Positions 52,916 to 64,000 of a DNA stretch of 64,000 nucleotides are shown piece after piece. The notes beneath the pieces were generated by a model that was given only the letters and a program-made list of their open reading frames with translations, had not been told where the DNA came from and searched no databases. Numbering within the stretch: position 1 is the first letter of the stretch; each line of letters starts with the position of its first letter. The translations under genes were made by a program, and so were the position numbers. The stretch covers positions 1,995 to 65,994 of the forward strand of contig CAZBEQ010000015.1 of the NCBI GenBank assembly GCA_964490975.1. The letters are read 5' to 3'. Source of the stretch: an uncultured Oscillospiraceae bacterium (lineage in GTDB: Bacteria; Bacillota; Clostridia; Acetivibrionales; DTU013).

Positions 52916-54979
52916 TTATTTAAGCACCGATTCCTGTATGCTCTTGGGGACTTCTTCATAGTGGCTGAACTGCATTGTGAACACGCCTCTGCCCTGTGTC
53001 CTTGAACGAAGCTCAGTAGCATATCCAAACATGTTCGCAAGCGGCACATGCGAAGTGATAACCTGTGCGCCTGACCTGTTTTCCATACCCTCGATCCTTC
53101 CACGGCGTGAATTGAGATCACCCATGACGTCTCCCATGTATGTTTCAGGTACAACCACGTCAACCCTCATTATTGGCTCAAGCAACACCGGATCAGCCTT
53201 GCGGCAGCCTTCCTTGAAGGCCATTGATCCTGCTATCTTGAATGCCATTTCTGAAGAATCGACCTCATGATACGATCCATCTACAAGAGTAGCTTTGATG
53301 TCAAGTACCTGATAGCCCCCCAGTATACCATTCTGCATGGCATCCTGTATACCTTCGTCGATAGGCGAGATATACTCCTTGGGAACTACTCCTCCAACGA
53401 TCTTGTTTACAAACGTATATCCGCTTCCGGGCTCCTGTGGCTCCAACTCAATAACGCAGTGGCCATACTGGCCTCTGCCACCTGACTGCCTTACGAATTT
53501 GCCTTCGGCCTTTACAGCCTTCCTTATGGTTTCCTTGTATGCAACCTGGGGTTGGCCTATATTAGCTTCTACCTTGAATTCTCTCATCATTCTGTCAACG
53601 ATGATCTCAAGATGCAGCTCGCCCATACCGGAGATAATTGTTTGCCCTGTTTCCGGATCTGTGTGGGCCTTGAATGTCGGGTCTTCTTCAGCAAGCTTAG
53701 CAAGAGCGGCTGACATCTTATCCTGTCCTGCCTTTGTCTTGGGTTCCACAGCGATGTGGATGACAGGTTCCGGGAATTCCATGGATTCCAATATAATTGG
53801 AGAATCCTCACTGCAAAGCGTATCGCCTGTGGTTGTATCCTTCAAGCCTACAATTGCGGCAATATCACCGGAATAAACAGAATCTATATCCTCTCTGTGG
53901 TTGGCATGCATCTGAAGGAGCCTGCCGACCCTTTCCCTCTTGTTCTTTGTAGAATTCAGCACATATGACCCCGAACTCAACTTTCCTGAATAAACTCTGA
54001 AAAAGCAAAGTTTTCCGACAAATGGATCAGCCATGATCTTGAACGCCAGCGCAGCGAAGGGTCCTTCGTCATTTGCAGGTCTGTCAAGCTCTGTCTCATC
54101 ATCGGGGGAAACACCTTTAATTGCAGGTACATCCAACGGAGAAGGCATATAATCAATAACTGCGTCCAGCAGCTTTTGTACACCCTTGTTCCTGTAGGAT
54201 GAACCACAGGTTACCGGTATCATATCAACGGCAATGGTTGCCTTTCTGATACCTGCACGTATTTCCTCTACGGTCAGTTCTTCACCTTCAAGGTATTTAT
54301 TCATCAAGTTCTCATCTTGTTCAGCAACAGCTTCGATTAAAATGTTACGATATTTTTCAACGATATCAACCATATCTTCCGGTATCGGTTCTTCATCCAA
54401 TACCGTTCCAAGGTCATCGGTGTAGTATATGGCCTTCATCGTCACCAGGTCGACTATACCCTTGTAATTATCTTCTTTGCCGATAGGTAGCTGAATTGGA
54501 ACAGCATTTGCCTTAAGTCTGTCCTTCATCATCTGGACACAATTAAAAAAATCTGCGCCCATAATATCCATTTTATTAACATATGCAATACGGGGAACAT
54601 TGTACTTGTCGGCCTGTCTCCAAACGGTTTCAGACTGAGGTTCCACCCCGCCCTTTGCACAGAAAAGTGTTACCGAACCATCGAGAACTCTCAGAGATCT
54701 TTCAACCTCGACCGTAAAGTCAACGTGCCCCGGCGTATCAATAATGTTGATCCTGTTACCCTTCCACTGTGCGGTAGTTGCAGCAGAGGTTATCGTGATG
54801 CCTCTTTCCTGCTCCTGCTCCATCCAGTCCATTGTTGCAGCGCCCTCATGAACTTCTCCCATCTTATGCAGTTTGCCTGTATAAAACAGAATACGCTCTG
54901 TTGTAGTTGTCTTACCAGCATCTATGTGAGCCATTATACCAATGTTTCTGGTATTTTCCAAACTAAATTGCCTGGGCAT
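52916..54979 (-). CDS. fusA: elongation factor G
   Basis: [24 protein letters not shown]...[10 protein letters not shown]...NKMD. Confidence 0.99.
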   Translation of the reverse strand: MPRQFSLENTRNIGIMAHIDAGKTTTTERILFYTGKLHKMGEVHEGAATMDWMEQEQERGITITSAATTAQWKGNRINIIDTPGHVDFTVEVERSLRVLDGSVTLFCAKGGVEPQSETVWRQADKYNVPRIAYVNKMDIMGADFFNCVQMMKDRLKANAVPIQLPIGKEDNYKGIVDLVTMKAIYYTDDLGTVLDEEPIPEDMVDIVEKYRNILIEAVAEQDENLMNKYLEGEELTVEEIRAGIRKATIAVDMIPVTCGSSYRNKGVQKLLDAVIDYMPSPLDVPAIKGVSPDDETELDRPANDEGPFAALAFKIMADPFVGKLCFFRVYSGKLSSGSYVLNSTKNKRERVGRLLQMHANHREDIDSVYSGDIAAIVGLKDTTTGDTLCSEDSPIILESMEFPEPVIHIAVEPKTKAGQDKMSAALAKLAEEDPTFKAHTDPETGQTIISGMGELHLEIIVDRMMREFKVEANIGQPQVAYKETIRKAVKAEGKFVRQSGGRGQYGHCVIELEPQEPGSGYTFVNKIVGGVVPKEYISPIDEGIQDAMQNGILGGYQVLDIKATLVDGSYHEVDSSEMAFKIAGSMAFKEGCRKADPVLLEPIMRVDVVVPETYMGDVMGDLNSRRGRIEGMENRSGAQVITSHVPLANMFGYATELRSRTQGRGVFTMQFSHYEEVPKSIQESVLK

Positions 54980-55085
54980 GATTGCCTCCTTTCTTCCTCG
55001 ATAAGTTCAAATTTTTGAAATCCTATTAATATAACTTCTGCAGATTTCTCACCTTTATACTGCAACCGGTGATACCGGGCAGCGA

Positions 55086-55556
55086 TTACCAGCGATAATG
55101 TGCAAAAGCCCTGTTTGCCTCTGCCATCTTGTGGGTGTCTTCTTTTTTCTTGTAAGCTCCACCGGCATTGTTGACAGCGTCAAGGATCTCTCCTGCAAGT
55201 CTTTCCTTCATTGTCTTTTCGCCTCTTGCGCGCGAATAATTGGTCAACCATCTCAGTCCTAAAGCCTGCCTTCTTTCAGGTCTGACTTCCATTGGAACCT
55301 GGTAGGTTGCACCGCCGACTCTTCTGGCTTTGACTTCCAGTACAGGCATTATGTTATTCATTGCCTGTTCAAAAACTTCAAGCGGATCCTTTCCTGTCTT
55401 CTCCTTTATAATGTCGAATGCATCATAACAAATTCTCTGAGCAACACCTTTTTTGCCGTCAAGCATAATGTTGTTGATCAGTTTTGTAACAACCTTGTCA
55501 TTATATATAGGATCCGGCAGAACATCCCTTTTGGGCGTATGTCCTTTTCTTGGCAC
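55086..55556 (-). CDS. rpsG: 30S ribosomal protein S7
   Basis: [28 protein letters not shown]... The start is a GTG 7 nt after AAGGAGG. Confidence 0.98.
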   Translation of the reverse strand: MPRKGHTPKRDVLPDPIYNDKVVTKLINNIMLDGKKGVAQRICYDAFDIIKEKTGKDPLEVFEQAMNNIMPVLEVKARRVGGATYQVPMEVRPERRQALGLRWLTNYSRARGEKTMKERLAGEILDAVNNAGGAYKKKEDTHKMAEANRAFAHYRW

Positions 55557-55750
55557 TTTACTTCCCTCCTTTTAGTAATGATAGGGGCAAGCTAACTCCC
55601 CTTCGAATGTTTACGAGGTACTCGGAACCCGTAGGTCCTCGTCAGTGCGTCAGTACATGTAATATATAAATCAATCAATATATAAATTAATTTGTTTTTA
55701 TCTATTCAACATACCTTGCACTTATTTTGGTCTGACCTCATCGGACGCTG

Positions 55751-56179
55751 TTATTTCTTAACTGCGCCAGCTTTAGGCCTCTTTGCACCATACTTGGAAC
55801 GGCCCTGCATTCTCTTTGCAACACCTGCTGTATCAAGGGTACCTCTGATAATGTGATACCTGACACCAGGGAGATCCTTAACCCTGCCGCCTCTGATAAG
55901 CACGACGCTGTGTTCCTGCAGATTGTGGCCTATTCCTGGGATGTAAGCACTGACTTCGATACCGTTTGTCAAACGCACCCTGGCAACCTTTCTCAAAGCT
56001 GAGTTAGGCTTCTTCGGTGTTTGCGTTCTTACAACAGTGCAAACTCCCCTCTTTTGCGGAGAATTAGTTTCAACAGGCTTCTTTTTCAGCGAGTTGAATC
56101 CTTTTTGCAGAGCCGGAGCAGTAGATTTGTATTCAACTGACTCTCTTCCCTTTCTGACCATCTGATTAAATGTTGGCAA
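55751..56179 (-). CDS. rpsL: 30S ribosomal protein S12
   Basis: (M)[11 protein letters not shown]...[19 protein letters not shown]. The TTG start at 56179 lies 5 nt after GGGAGGTG. The ORF-track start at 56197 is upstream of the RBS. Confidence 0.97.
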   Translation of the reverse strand: MPTFNQMVRKGRESVEYKSTAPALQKGFNSLKKKPVETNSPQKRGVCTVVRTQTPKKPNSALRKVARVRLTNGIEVSAYIPGIGHNLQEHSVVLIRGGRVKDLPGVRYHIIRGTLDTAGVAKRMQGRSKYGAKRPKAGAVKK

Positions 56180-56239
56180 TTTTACACCTCCCTTCAAGTT
56201 TTGAATATTATTTATATCAAATTATTGATATATCGTTAT

Positions 56240-56521
56240 TTACCTCATTATACAAACTGCAGATGCGCCTACTTCAATGCCTACTGCCTTGCCTAACTGC
56301 TTCATTGTATCTACATACTCAATTTCTATTGAATTAGCGAGGCATTGCTCTTTAAGGTTCTCAGTGATTTTCACGTCAGCATCCTTTGCAATGAAAACTT
56401 TTATCGCGGTCTTGTTCTCCACCGCTTTCAAGGTTTGCTTTATTCCTATTGCTTTGTTGCTGCCTTTCAAAAGCTCAAGCACTTGTCGAGCACCTATCCC
56501 CTCTGTGACCTTTTTGTACAA
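56240..56521 (-). CDS. L7Ae-family ribosomal protein (YbxF/RplGB-like)
   Basis: GIKQTLKAVENKTAIKVFIAKDAD...MKQLGKAVGIEVGASAVCI matches the B. subtilis YbxF pattern, and the gene holds the same position between rpoC and rpsL. The GTG at 56482 (RBS AGGTG) is an equally plausible start. Confidence 0.85.
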   Translation of the reverse strand: MYKKVTEGIGARQVLELLKGSNKAIGIKQTLKAVENKTAIKVFIAKDADVKITENLKEQCLANSIEIEYVDTMKQLGKAVGIEVGASAVCIMR

Positions 56522-56586
56522 TTAAATCCCAAATGCGGTTAAAACCAACCTAATGGGCATAATACTCCCTGAATTCGCACTGAAAC

Positions 56587-56615
56587 ATTCTATCACCGCT
56601 TTGCAATGTTGTCAA
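56587..56615 (-). promoter_or_regulatory. sigma-A promoter (extended -10) internal to the rpoBC-str block
   Basis: Minus strand: TTGACA (56615-56610), 17-nt spacer ending in TGA, TAGAAT (56592-56587). Confidence 0.6.
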
Positions 56616-56676
56616 GATAAACGTAAAGACCGATGGTGCCGTTTATACAAACGACACCACCAGTCTCTCCCACTGA

Positions 56677-59600
56677 CTACTCGGTCACGGTACTGATATT
56701 TATATCCTTGTATCTGCTCATGCCTGTTCCGGCAGGTATAAGCTTTCCTATTATAACGTTTTCCTTGAGTCCGACCAGCGGATCTACCTTGCCCTTGATT
56801 GCAGCTTCAGTCAATACTCTTGTAGTCTCCTGGAACGACGCAGCCGACAGGAATGACTCAGTAGCAAGCGATGCCTTCGTGATACCAAGCAAAGTACGTT
56901 TACCGGTTGCCGGTCTCAATCCCTCAGCCGTTACCCTTGCATTTTCACTCTCAAAGTCAAACATATCCACCAGACCGCCCGGCAGCATATCAGTGTCACC
57001 GGCATCCTCTATCTTTACCTTCCTGAGCATCTGCCTGATTATTACTTCGATATGCTTGTCATTGATATCAACACCCTGCAGCCTGTAAACCCTTTGAACT
57101 TCCTGCAACAGGTATTGCTGAACTCCCTTGATGCCTTTTATCTTCAATATATCATGCGGATTTACGGAACCTTCTGTGATCTCATCTCCGGCTTCAATAA
57201 CGTCGCCGTCTGAAACCTTTATCCTGGAGCCGTATGTTATCTGGTATGAATGTGACTCTCCATCCTCAGAGGTTACGATTACTTCCCTCTTCTTCTTGGT
57301 ATCACTTATCTTTACCGTACCTGCGATTTCGGATATAACTGCAAGCCCTTTTGGTTTCCTGGCTTCAAAAAGTTCCTCGACACGCGGGAGACCCTGTGTG
57401 ATGTCATCACCGGCAACACCACCGGTATGGAACGTTCTCATTGTAAGCTGTGTACCAGGTTCGCCTATTGACTGTGCTGCCACTATACCGACAGCCTCGC
57501 CTACATTGACATCCTCATTGGTTGCCAGGTTCGCACCGTAACACTTGGCGCATACTCCATACTCCGAATGACAGGTAAGCATGGATCTGATCCTTGCTTT
57601 CTTGATTCCGGCCTTGACGACCCTTTCAGCTTGGCTGTCTGTGATCCTAGTATTGGCTTCAATAATTACTTCACCTGTTTCAGGATGTACGATATCATCG
57701 GTCGCGTACCTTCCTACAAGCCTTTCAGCCAGACCTTCTATGACTTCGCTTCCATCCTTGATCTCGGATACCTCTATTCCCTTTCTGGTACCGCAGTCAA
57801 TTTCCCTTACAATAACGTCCTGGCTTACATCAACAAGACGGCGTGTCAGATAACCTGAGTCAGCTGTTCTAAGTGCTGTATCTGCAAGACCTTTTCTGGC
57901 TCCATGGGAGGATATGAAGTACTCAAGAACATTCAAGCCTTCACGGAAATTAGCCTTTATCGGAATTTCCAGAGTTCTACCCTGTGTATCTGCCATAAGG
58001 CCTCTCATACCGGACAGCTGTTTGATCTGGCTGATACTTCCGCGGGCTCCGGACTGGGACATCATGAATATTGGATTGAAACGATCCAATGTCTCCATAA
58101 GCGCCTTGGTCAGGTTTTCGCCTGTGTCTGTCCATGCCTGGATAACTGAGGTATATCTTTCTTCTTCAGATATGAGACCTCTCTTGTACATCTTTGTTAT
58201 GTTCTCTATCTTTGCTTCAGTTTCATCAATGAACTTCTTTTTAACATCAGGTATTACCATGTCAGATACACTGACAGTGATTGCGCCTCTTGTCGAGTAT
58301 TTGAAGCCTAAAGCTTTGATCCTGTCGAGTACGATAGCAGTCTCTGTTGTACCATGTGCTTTTATACACTTATCTATTATCTTGCCCAATTCTTTCTTAG
58401 TTACGATCTGTGTTATTTCAAGATTGAAAAGGCTGTCAGGAGTTGATCTGTCAACAAAACCAAGATCCTGTGGAATAGCTTCATTGAACAGCATTTTCCC
58501 AACAGTAGTCTCAATTATCTTTGATTTGGGCTGGCCGTCTATCACCTTGATCGTTTTGATCCTGACCTTGGCATGCAGTCCGACAACACCTTCATCGTAA
58601 GCCATTACTGCTTCATCAAGGTTTCCGAATACCTTACCTTCACCGGGTTCTCCCTCGCGTTCGATCGTAAGGTAATAGCTTCCGAGAACCATGTCCTGTG
58701 TAGGTACAGTTATCGGCTTGCCATCCTTTGGAGCCAGAAGATTGTTGGCCGAGAGCATGAGGAACCTTGCCTCAGCTTGTGCTTCAGCAGACAGCGGAAC
58801 ATGCACAGCCATCTGGTCACCATCGAAGTCGGCATTGTAAGCTGTACATACCAGAGGATGAAGCTTCAAAGCCCTTCCTTCTACGAGTACCGGCTCAAAT
58901 GCCTGTATGCCGAGTCTATGGAGCGTAGGTGCACGGTTAAGCAATACGGGATGTTCCTTGATGACTTCCTCGAGCACGTCCCATACCTCTGCCCTGACTC
59001 TTTCGACCATTCTCTTTGCACTCTTTATATTATGGGCAAGCCCGTCGTTCACGAGCTTTTTCATTACAAACGGTTTGAACAGTTCCAGCGCCATTTCCTT
59101 TGGAAGACCACACTGGAATATCTTCAGTTCAGGACCGACAACGATAACCGAACGTCCTGAATAGTCAACACGTTTTCCGAGCAGGTTCTGACGAAAACGT
59201 CCCTGCTTTCCCTTAAGCATGTCTGAAAGTGATTTCAGCGGCCTGTTGCCAGGGCCTGTTACAGGGCGGCCTCTCCTGCCGTTGTCTATAAGAGCATCAA
59301 CTGCTTCCTGCAGCATCCTCTTCTCATTTCTTACGATTATGTCAGGGGCTCCAAGATCCAGCAGCCTCTTCAAACGGTTATTCCTGTTGATGACACGTCT
59401 ATAAAGGTCGTTAAGATCCGATGTAGCGAACCTTCCGCCGTCCAACTGCACCATAGGGCGAAGCTCCGGCGGTATGACAGGAACAACGTCCATTATCATC
59501 CACTCGGGTCTGTTGCCTGAAAGTCTGAACGCTTCTACAACCTCGAGCCTCTTTATAGTTCTTATCCTCTTTTGTCCGGAAGCATCCTCCAGATCAGCTC

Positions 59601-60174
59601 TCAATTCCTTTGACTGCGCTTCCAAATCGATCTCCATGAGCAATTCTTTTATAGCTTCCGCGCCCATTGCCGCCTTGAATTTGTAGCCGAACTTTTCTAC
59701 GCTGTCCCTATATTCCTTATCGTTCATTATCTGCTTCTTTGAAAGCGGTGTCTGTCCGGGATCGATAACAACGTATGATGCAAAATAAAGTATCTTCTCC
59801 AGCGCTCTCGGGGACATGTCCAGTATAAGCCCCATCCTGCTGGGTATACCTTTGAAATACCATATGTGTGATACAGGCGCTGCCAGTTCGATATGGCCCA
59901 TACGTTCTCTTCTTACCTTTGAACGCGTGACCTCGACTCCACATCTGTCGCAGACGATGCCCTTGTATCTGATCCTTTTATACTTTCCGCAGTGGCATTC
60001 CCAGTCCTTCTGAGGTCCGAATATCCTTTCGCAGAAGAGACCGTCTCTCTCAGGCTTCAACGTCCTGTAGTTGATTGTCTCTGGTTTTTTTACCTCTCCC
60101 CTGGACCATTCTCTGATTTTCTCAGGGGAAGCCAAACCTATTTTTATAGCATCAAAATTATTCATCTCAAACAT
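56677..60174 (-). CDS. rpoC: DNA-directed RNA polymerase subunit beta'
   Basis: Zn-finger [20 protein letters not shown] and the catalytic motif [12 protein letters not shown]. Confidence 0.99.
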   Translation of the reverse strand: MFEMNNFDAIKIGLASPEKIREWSRGEVKKPETINYRTLKPERDGLFCERIFGPQKDWECHCGKYKRIRYKGIVCDRCGVEVTRSKVRRERMGHIELAAPVSHIWYFKGIPSRMGLILDMSPRALEKILYFASYVVIDPGQTPLSKKQIMNDKEYRDSVEKFGYKFKAAMGAEAIKELLMEIDLEAQSKELRADLEDASGQKRIRTIKRLEVVEAFRLSGNRPEWMIMDVVPVIPPELRPMVQLDGGRFATSDLNDLYRRVINRNNRLKRLLDLGAPDIIVRNEKRMLQEAVDALIDNGRRGRPVTGPGNRPLKSLSDMLKGKQGRFRQNLLGKRVDYSGRSVIVVGPELKIFQCGLPKEMALELFKPFVMKKLVNDGLAHNIKSAKRMVERVRAEVWDVLEEVIKEHPVLLNRAPTLHRLGIQAFEPVLVEGRALKLHPLVCTAYNADFDGDQMAVHVPLSAEAQAEARFLMLSANNLLAPKDGKPITVPTQDMVLGSYYLTIEREGEPGEGKVFGNLDEAVMAYDEGVVGLHAKVRIKTIKVIDGQPKSKIIETTVGKMLFNEAIPQDLGFVDRSTPDSLFNLEITQIVTKKELGKIIDKCIKAHGTTETAIVLDRIKALGFKYSTRGAITVSVSDMVIPDVKKKFIDETEAKIENITKMYKRGLISEEERYTSVIQAWTDTGENLTKALMETLDRFNPIFMMSQSGARGSISQIKQLSGMRGLMADTQGRTLEIPIKANFREGLNVLEYFISSHGARKGLADTALRTADSGYLTRRLVDVSQDVIVREIDCGTRKGIEVSEIKDGSEVIEGLAERLVGRYATDDIVHPETGEVIIEANTRITDSQAERVVKAGIKKARIRSMLTCHSEYGVCAKCYGANLATNEDVNVGEAVGIVAAQSIGEPGTQLTMRTFHTGGVAGDDITQGLPRVEELFEARKPKGLAVISEIAGTVKISDTKKKREVIVTSEDGESHSYQITYGSRIKVSDGDVIEAGDEITEGSVNPHDILKIKGIKGVQQYLLQEVQRVYRLQGVDINDKHIEVIIRQMLRKVKIEDAGDTDMLPGGLVDMFDFESENARVTAEGLRPATGKRTLLGITKASLATESFLSAASFQETTRVLTEAAIKGKVDPLVGLKENVIIGKLIPAGTGMSRYKDINISTVTE

Positions 60175-60191
60175 GGCCTAAATCTCCCTCC

Positions 60192-63100
60192 TTAAAAATC
60201 CTCATCGTCCAGGTTATCAGCAAACTCATCCTCTTCGGAGAATAAGTCATCTGACAGCGTATCATCAAGATTATCCGTAGTATTTGTGATGTCGCCTATG
60301 TCAAAATCATCTATGCTGATATCGTCTTCGATAAGGTCATCTCCGATATCCTCATAATCTGTGATAGGAGTTTCATCCTCACGTCCTTCAATGTTGACAT
60401 TGAGTTCTTCCATATCATCATCGGCAGATTCCTTGATCGCGATTTCCTCTCGTTCTTCGGAATATACCTTGACATCAAGAGCCAGGCTCTGCAGTTCCTT
60501 TATCAATACCTTAAAGGATTCAGGTATTCCCGGCTCAGGTACATTCTCACCCTTTACGATGGACTCGTAAGTCTTGACTCTTCCTACAACGTCATCGGAT
60601 TTGACCGTGAGGATCTCCTGCAATGTATATGCAGCGCCGTATGCCTCCAGAGCCCAAACTTCCATTTCTCCGAATCTCTGTCCGCCGAACTGCGCCTTGC
60701 CTCCGAGAGGCTGCTGTGTAACAAGTGAGTACGGTCCCGTAGAACGGGCATGTATCTTGTCATCTACCAGATGCGCCAGCTTGAGCATATACATGTAGCC
60801 GACCGTTACACGGTTTTCAAATGGTTTTCCGGTCCTGCCGTCGTATAGGATGGTCTTTCCATCCTCAGCAAGTCCTGCTCTTTTCAGCGTATCTACGATA
60901 TCCTGCTCTGTTGCACCGTCAAATACCGGTGTAGCTATTTTCCAGCCCAGCGCTTTTGCCGCATAGCCAAGATGTACTTCAAGCACCTGTCCGATATTCA
61001 TACGTGACGGAACGCCCAGAGGATTGAGCACTATTTCAAGAGGAGTGCCGTCAGGAAGGAATGGCATATCCTCTTCAGGGAGAATCCTTGAGATAACACC
61101 CTTGTTTCCATGTCTTCCTGCCATTTTATCTCCAACTGATATCTTTCTCTTCTGAGCGATATAGCACCTTACAAGCTGGTTGACTCCGGGCGGCAACTCG
61201 TCGCCATTCTCTCTTGTAAATACCTTTACGTCGACGATAATACCTGATTCACCGTGTGGTACTCTCAGTGAAGTATCTCTTACTTCTCTTGCCTTTTCCC
61301 CGAATATCGCCCTGAGCAGCCTTTCCTCGGCTGTAAGCTCGGTCTCTCCCTTTGGTGTGACCTTACCAACCAATATATCGCCTGCTCTGACCTCTGCGCC
61401 TATCCTTATGATACCTCTGTCATCGAGATCCTTGAGTGATTCTTCACTTACATTAGGAATGTCGCGTGTGATTTCTTCAGGTCCGAGCTTTGTATCCCTT
61501 GACTCTGCTTCGTATTCCTCTATGTGGATGGATGTAAATACATCTTCTTTAACAAGCTTTTCACTTATAAGGATAGCATCCTCGTAGTTGTAGCCCTCCC
61601 AGGTCATGAAGCCTATGAGGATATTCTTGCCAAGCGCTATCTCTCCGACATCAGTTGAAGGACCATCAGCAATTACATCACCCTTTTCAACCACTTCGCC
61701 CTTTCTTACTATAGGTCTCTGGTTTATACACGTGCCCTGATTTGATCTGATATATTTCAGCAGCTTGAATGAATCCTTTTTCCCGCTCTTTGTGCGGATC
61801 GTTATCTCTCTGGCCGAAACCTTTTCGACAACACCGTCATTTTTTGCAAGTATAACCGTGCCTGAATCCTTGGCTGCCTTATACTCAATACCGGTCCCTA
61901 CGACAGGCGACTGGGGCTTGATCAGCGGAACAGCCTGGCGCTGCATGTTTGAACCCATCAATGCACGGTTCGCGTCATCATTCTCAAGGAACGGTATCAT
62001 AGCTGTCGCTACTGAAACCAACTGCTTTGGAGATACATCCATATAATCAACGCGGCCGCTCTCAACCTCCAGGATATCGTCCCTGAATCTCGAAAGCACC
62101 TTCTTATATTTGAATTTTCTGTTCTCGTCCAGCTTCTCATTTGCCTGTGCAACTATATATTTATCTTCCTCATCAGCAGTGAGGTAATCTATCTGTTCTG
62201 TTACAACATCGGTAGCCTTGTCTACCTTCCTGTAAGGTGCTTCGATAAAGCCATACTCATTGATCCTCGCATATGTGCTCAAAGAGCCGATCAAGCCTAT
62301 ATTAGGACCTTCAGGGGTCTCTATCGGACACATACGTCCATAGTGTGAATGGTGAACGTCACGCACTTCGAAGCCTGCCCTCTCTCTGCTGAGACCACCT
62401 GGTCCCAAAGCGCTGAGCCTTCTTTTGTGTGTAAGCTCTGCCAGCGGGTTCGTCTGATCCATGAACTGTGACAGCTGGCTGCTTCCGAAGAACTCTTTAA
62501 TAGCTGCGGCAACCGGCCTGATGTTGATCAATGCCTGCGGCGTTACGATATCGATGTCCTGAATGGTCATTCTTTCTCTTACAACTCTTTCCATCCTGGC
62601 AAGGCCTATCCTGAACTGGTTCTGCAATAGTTCACCTACACAGCGCAGCCTTCTGTTGCCAAGATGGTCAATATCATCATCTATACCTATATTGTAGTTG
62701 AGATGTATAATGTAATTGATTGAGGATATGATATCTTCGATAGTTATATATTTGGGAACAAGAGAATCAACATTCTCCAATATAGCCCTGTGAAGGTCAT
62801 CAGAATCGCTGTTCTCCTCCATCAGCTTTTTAAGAGTATCAAGCCTTACTCTTTCAGTTATACCGGTATCTGTAATGTCAAAGTCCACATATGCCTTGAG
62901 ATCGACTGTGCCGTTTCCGATTATCTTGATCCTTTTGCCCTCTACATTGACATATACGTTATTTATACCTGAGTTCTGGATAACTTCAGCTTTCTCTCTG
63001 TCGATATATGAATCTTCCTCGACAAGTATCTCGCCTGTTTCAGGGTGAATTATCTTTTCGGCAGCTTTCTGCCCGTTGATCCTTGTCGCAATTGATAACT

Positions 63101-63932
63101 TTTTATTGAATTTGAATCTTCCAAACTTAGCAAGATCATATCTCTTTGGGTCGAAGAAAAGGCTGGTCAAAAGTGTAGTAGCGCTTTCGACAGTAGGTGG
63201 TTCACCGGGTCTGAGCCTCTTGTATATTTCGATCAGGCCTTCGTCCTTGGTCTTGGCGTTATCCTTTTGTATGGTAGCCATAATTCTCTCGTCATCGCCA
63301 AGCAGTTCAGTGATCTGAAGATCCGTACCATACCCGAGTGCGCGTAGCAGAACAGTTATTGGCAGTTTTCTGGTCCTGTCGATCCTGACAGACATAACAT
63401 CATTGGAATCTGTTTCATACTCAAGCCATGCTCCACGGTTCGGGATCACAGTAGCTGAGAAAAGCTGTTTTCCTGTTTTGTCAAGCTTTTTTGAATAGTA
63501 CATTCCGGGAGATCTGACAAGCTGGCTGACTATGACCCTTTCCGCACCATTGATGATAAATGTTCCGTTATCGGTCATCAGTGGGAAATCCCCCATGAAT
63601 ATTTCCTGTTCCTTGACTTCACCTGTTTCCTTGTTGATAAGGCGTACTTTGACTTTCAATGGTGCTGAATATGTAGTATCTCTTTCCTTGCACTCCTCAA
63701 CACTATACTTCGGATTGTCATCCTCCAGTTTGTAATCGGGAAATTCCAGAATCAGGTTGCCCGTGTAATCCTGTATGGGAGAAACGTCTCTGAATACCTC
63801 GCGAAGACCCTCTTCCAAGAACCACTTGTAAGAGTTCTTCTGCACCTCGATCAGATTTGGCATATCCAGAACTTCATCGATTCTGGAATAGCTCATTCTG
63901 GTATTCCGGCCCAATTTTACGGGATGTACCAT
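60192..63932 (-). CDS. rpoB: DNA-directed RNA polymerase subunit beta (with an ~88-aa acidic C-terminal tail)
   Basis: Rif-region [34 protein letters not shown] and the motif [13 protein letters not shown]. Confidence 0.99.
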   Translation of the reverse strand: MVHPVKLGRNTRMSYSRIDEVLDMPNLIEVQKNSYKWFLEEGLREVFRDVSPIQDYTGNLILEFPDYKLEDDNPKYSVEECKERDTTYSAPLKVKVRLINKETGEVKEQEIFMGDFPLMTDNGTFIINGAERVIVSQLVRSPGMYYSKKLDKTGKQLFSATVIPNRGAWLEYETDSNDVMSVRIDRTRKLPITVLLRALGYGTDLQITELLGDDERIMATIQKDNAKTKDEGLIEIYKRLRPGEPPTVESATTLLTSLFFDPKRYDLAKFGRFKFNKKLSIATRINGQKAAEKIIHPETGEILVEEDSYIDREKAEVIQNSGINNVYVNVEGKRIKIIGNGTVDLKAYVDFDITDTGITERVRLDTLKKLMEENSDSDDLHRAILENVDSLVPKYITIEDIISSINYIIHLNYNIGIDDDIDHLGNRRLRCVGELLQNQFRIGLARMERVVRERMTIQDIDIVTPQALINIRPVAAAIKEFFGSSQLSQFMDQTNPLAELTHKRRLSALGPGGLSRERAGFEVRDVHHSHYGRMCPIETPEGPNIGLIGSLSTYARINEYGFIEAPYRKVDKATDVVTEQIDYLTADEEDKYIVAQANEKLDENRKFKYKKVLSRFRDDILEVESGRVDYMDVSPKQLVSVATAMIPFLENDDANRALMGSNMQRQAVPLIKPQSPVVGTGIEYKAAKDSGTVILAKNDGVVEKVSAREITIRTKSGKKDSFKLLKYIRSNQGTCINQRPIVRKGEVVEKGDVIADGPSTDVGEIALGKNILIGFMTWEGYNYEDAILISEKLVKEDVFTSIHIEEYEAESRDTKLGPEEITRDIPNVSEESLKDLDDRGIIRIGAEVRAGDILVGKVTPKGETELTAEERLLRAIFGEKAREVRDTSLRVPHGESGIIVDVKVFTRENGDELPPGVNQLVRCYIAQKRKISVGDKMAGRHGNKGVISRILPEEDMPFLPDGTPLEIVLNPLGVPSRMNIGQVLEVHLGYAAKALGWKIATPVFDGATEQDIVDTLKRAGLAEDGKTILYDGRTGKPFENRVTVGYMYMLKLAHLVDDKIHARSTGPYSLVTQQPLGGKAQFGGQRFGEMEVWALEAYGAAYTLQEILTVKSDDVVGRVKTYESIVKGENVPEPGIPESFKVLIKELQSLALDVKVYSEEREEIAIKESADDDMEELNVNIEGREDETPITDYEDIGDDLIEDDISIDDFDIGDITNTTDNLDDTLSDDLFSEEDEFADNLDDEDF

Positions 63933-64000
63933 TAATAATCACCTCATAAATTAAGACTTTAAAATGAACAACTTTACATGAAAGGACTGCATTCATGCAA

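Noticed and set aside
52849-53163. A 104-aa minus-strand ORF spanning the tuf-fusA junction.
   Set aside because: It overlaps the 3' end of fusA in another frame and has no RBS or motif.
57128-59160. Plus-strand ORFs up to 228 aa inside rpoC, and similar ones inside rpoB, fusA and tuf.
   Set aside because: They are antisense to universally conserved genes. They are shadow ORFs.

Overview
The window looks like a chromosomal segment of a low-GC Firmicute of the class Clostridia. This is judged from gene content, GGAGG-type ribosome-binding sites and the order rpoB-rpoC-L7Ae-rpsL-rpsG-fusA-tuf; the organism itself cannot be identified from sequence alone. Coding density is high and mostly housekeeping.

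Left to right, the window contains:
- a 3'-truncated methyl-accepting chemotaxis protein
- a cell-wall and shape cluster (M23 peptidase, bactofilin, XRE regulator, class A PBP)
- proB
- an aldouronate/xylo-oligosaccharide utilisation cluster: a membrane AraC-type sensor, a Big_2-fused solute-binding protein, a small lipoprotein, two permeases, a URO-D-like protein, an AraC regulator and a GH67 alpha-glucuronidase
- proA
- an HTH-cupin regulator followed by potABCD
- an acyltransferase and a GltS-like transporter
- mecA and a VanW-family gene
- a PRC-barrel / TPR-membrane / PP2C trio
- lon
- a small-TM / MoxR / DUF58 / DUF4129 operon
- a 2061-aa SLH-anchored giant surface protein, divergent from a MerR/GyrI-like regulator
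- a flavodiiron protein
- the str-rpoBC block

No rRNA, tRNA, CRISPR array or intact mobile element was seen.

Most interesting non-obvious signals:
1. A textbook MerR-type promoter (19-bp spacer with an internal dyad) points at the giant surface-protein gene.
2. The giant-protein/MerR module is bracketed by related long palindromes and looks GC-shifted.
3. A diverged ~280-nt intergenic repeat family has three copies (near 7.7 kb, 30.0 kb and 51.3 kb). Each copy ends just before a terminator hairpin, so this may be a structured ncRNA or a decayed element.
4. An AAGGGGACA...TGTCCCCTT palindromic element family is expanded into a tandem array between the AraC sensor gene and proB, and also occurs upstream of lon.
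5. A perfect 37-bp-stem palindrome abuts the proA promoter.

All functional calls come from motif recognition by eye. No database search or folding calculation was run.
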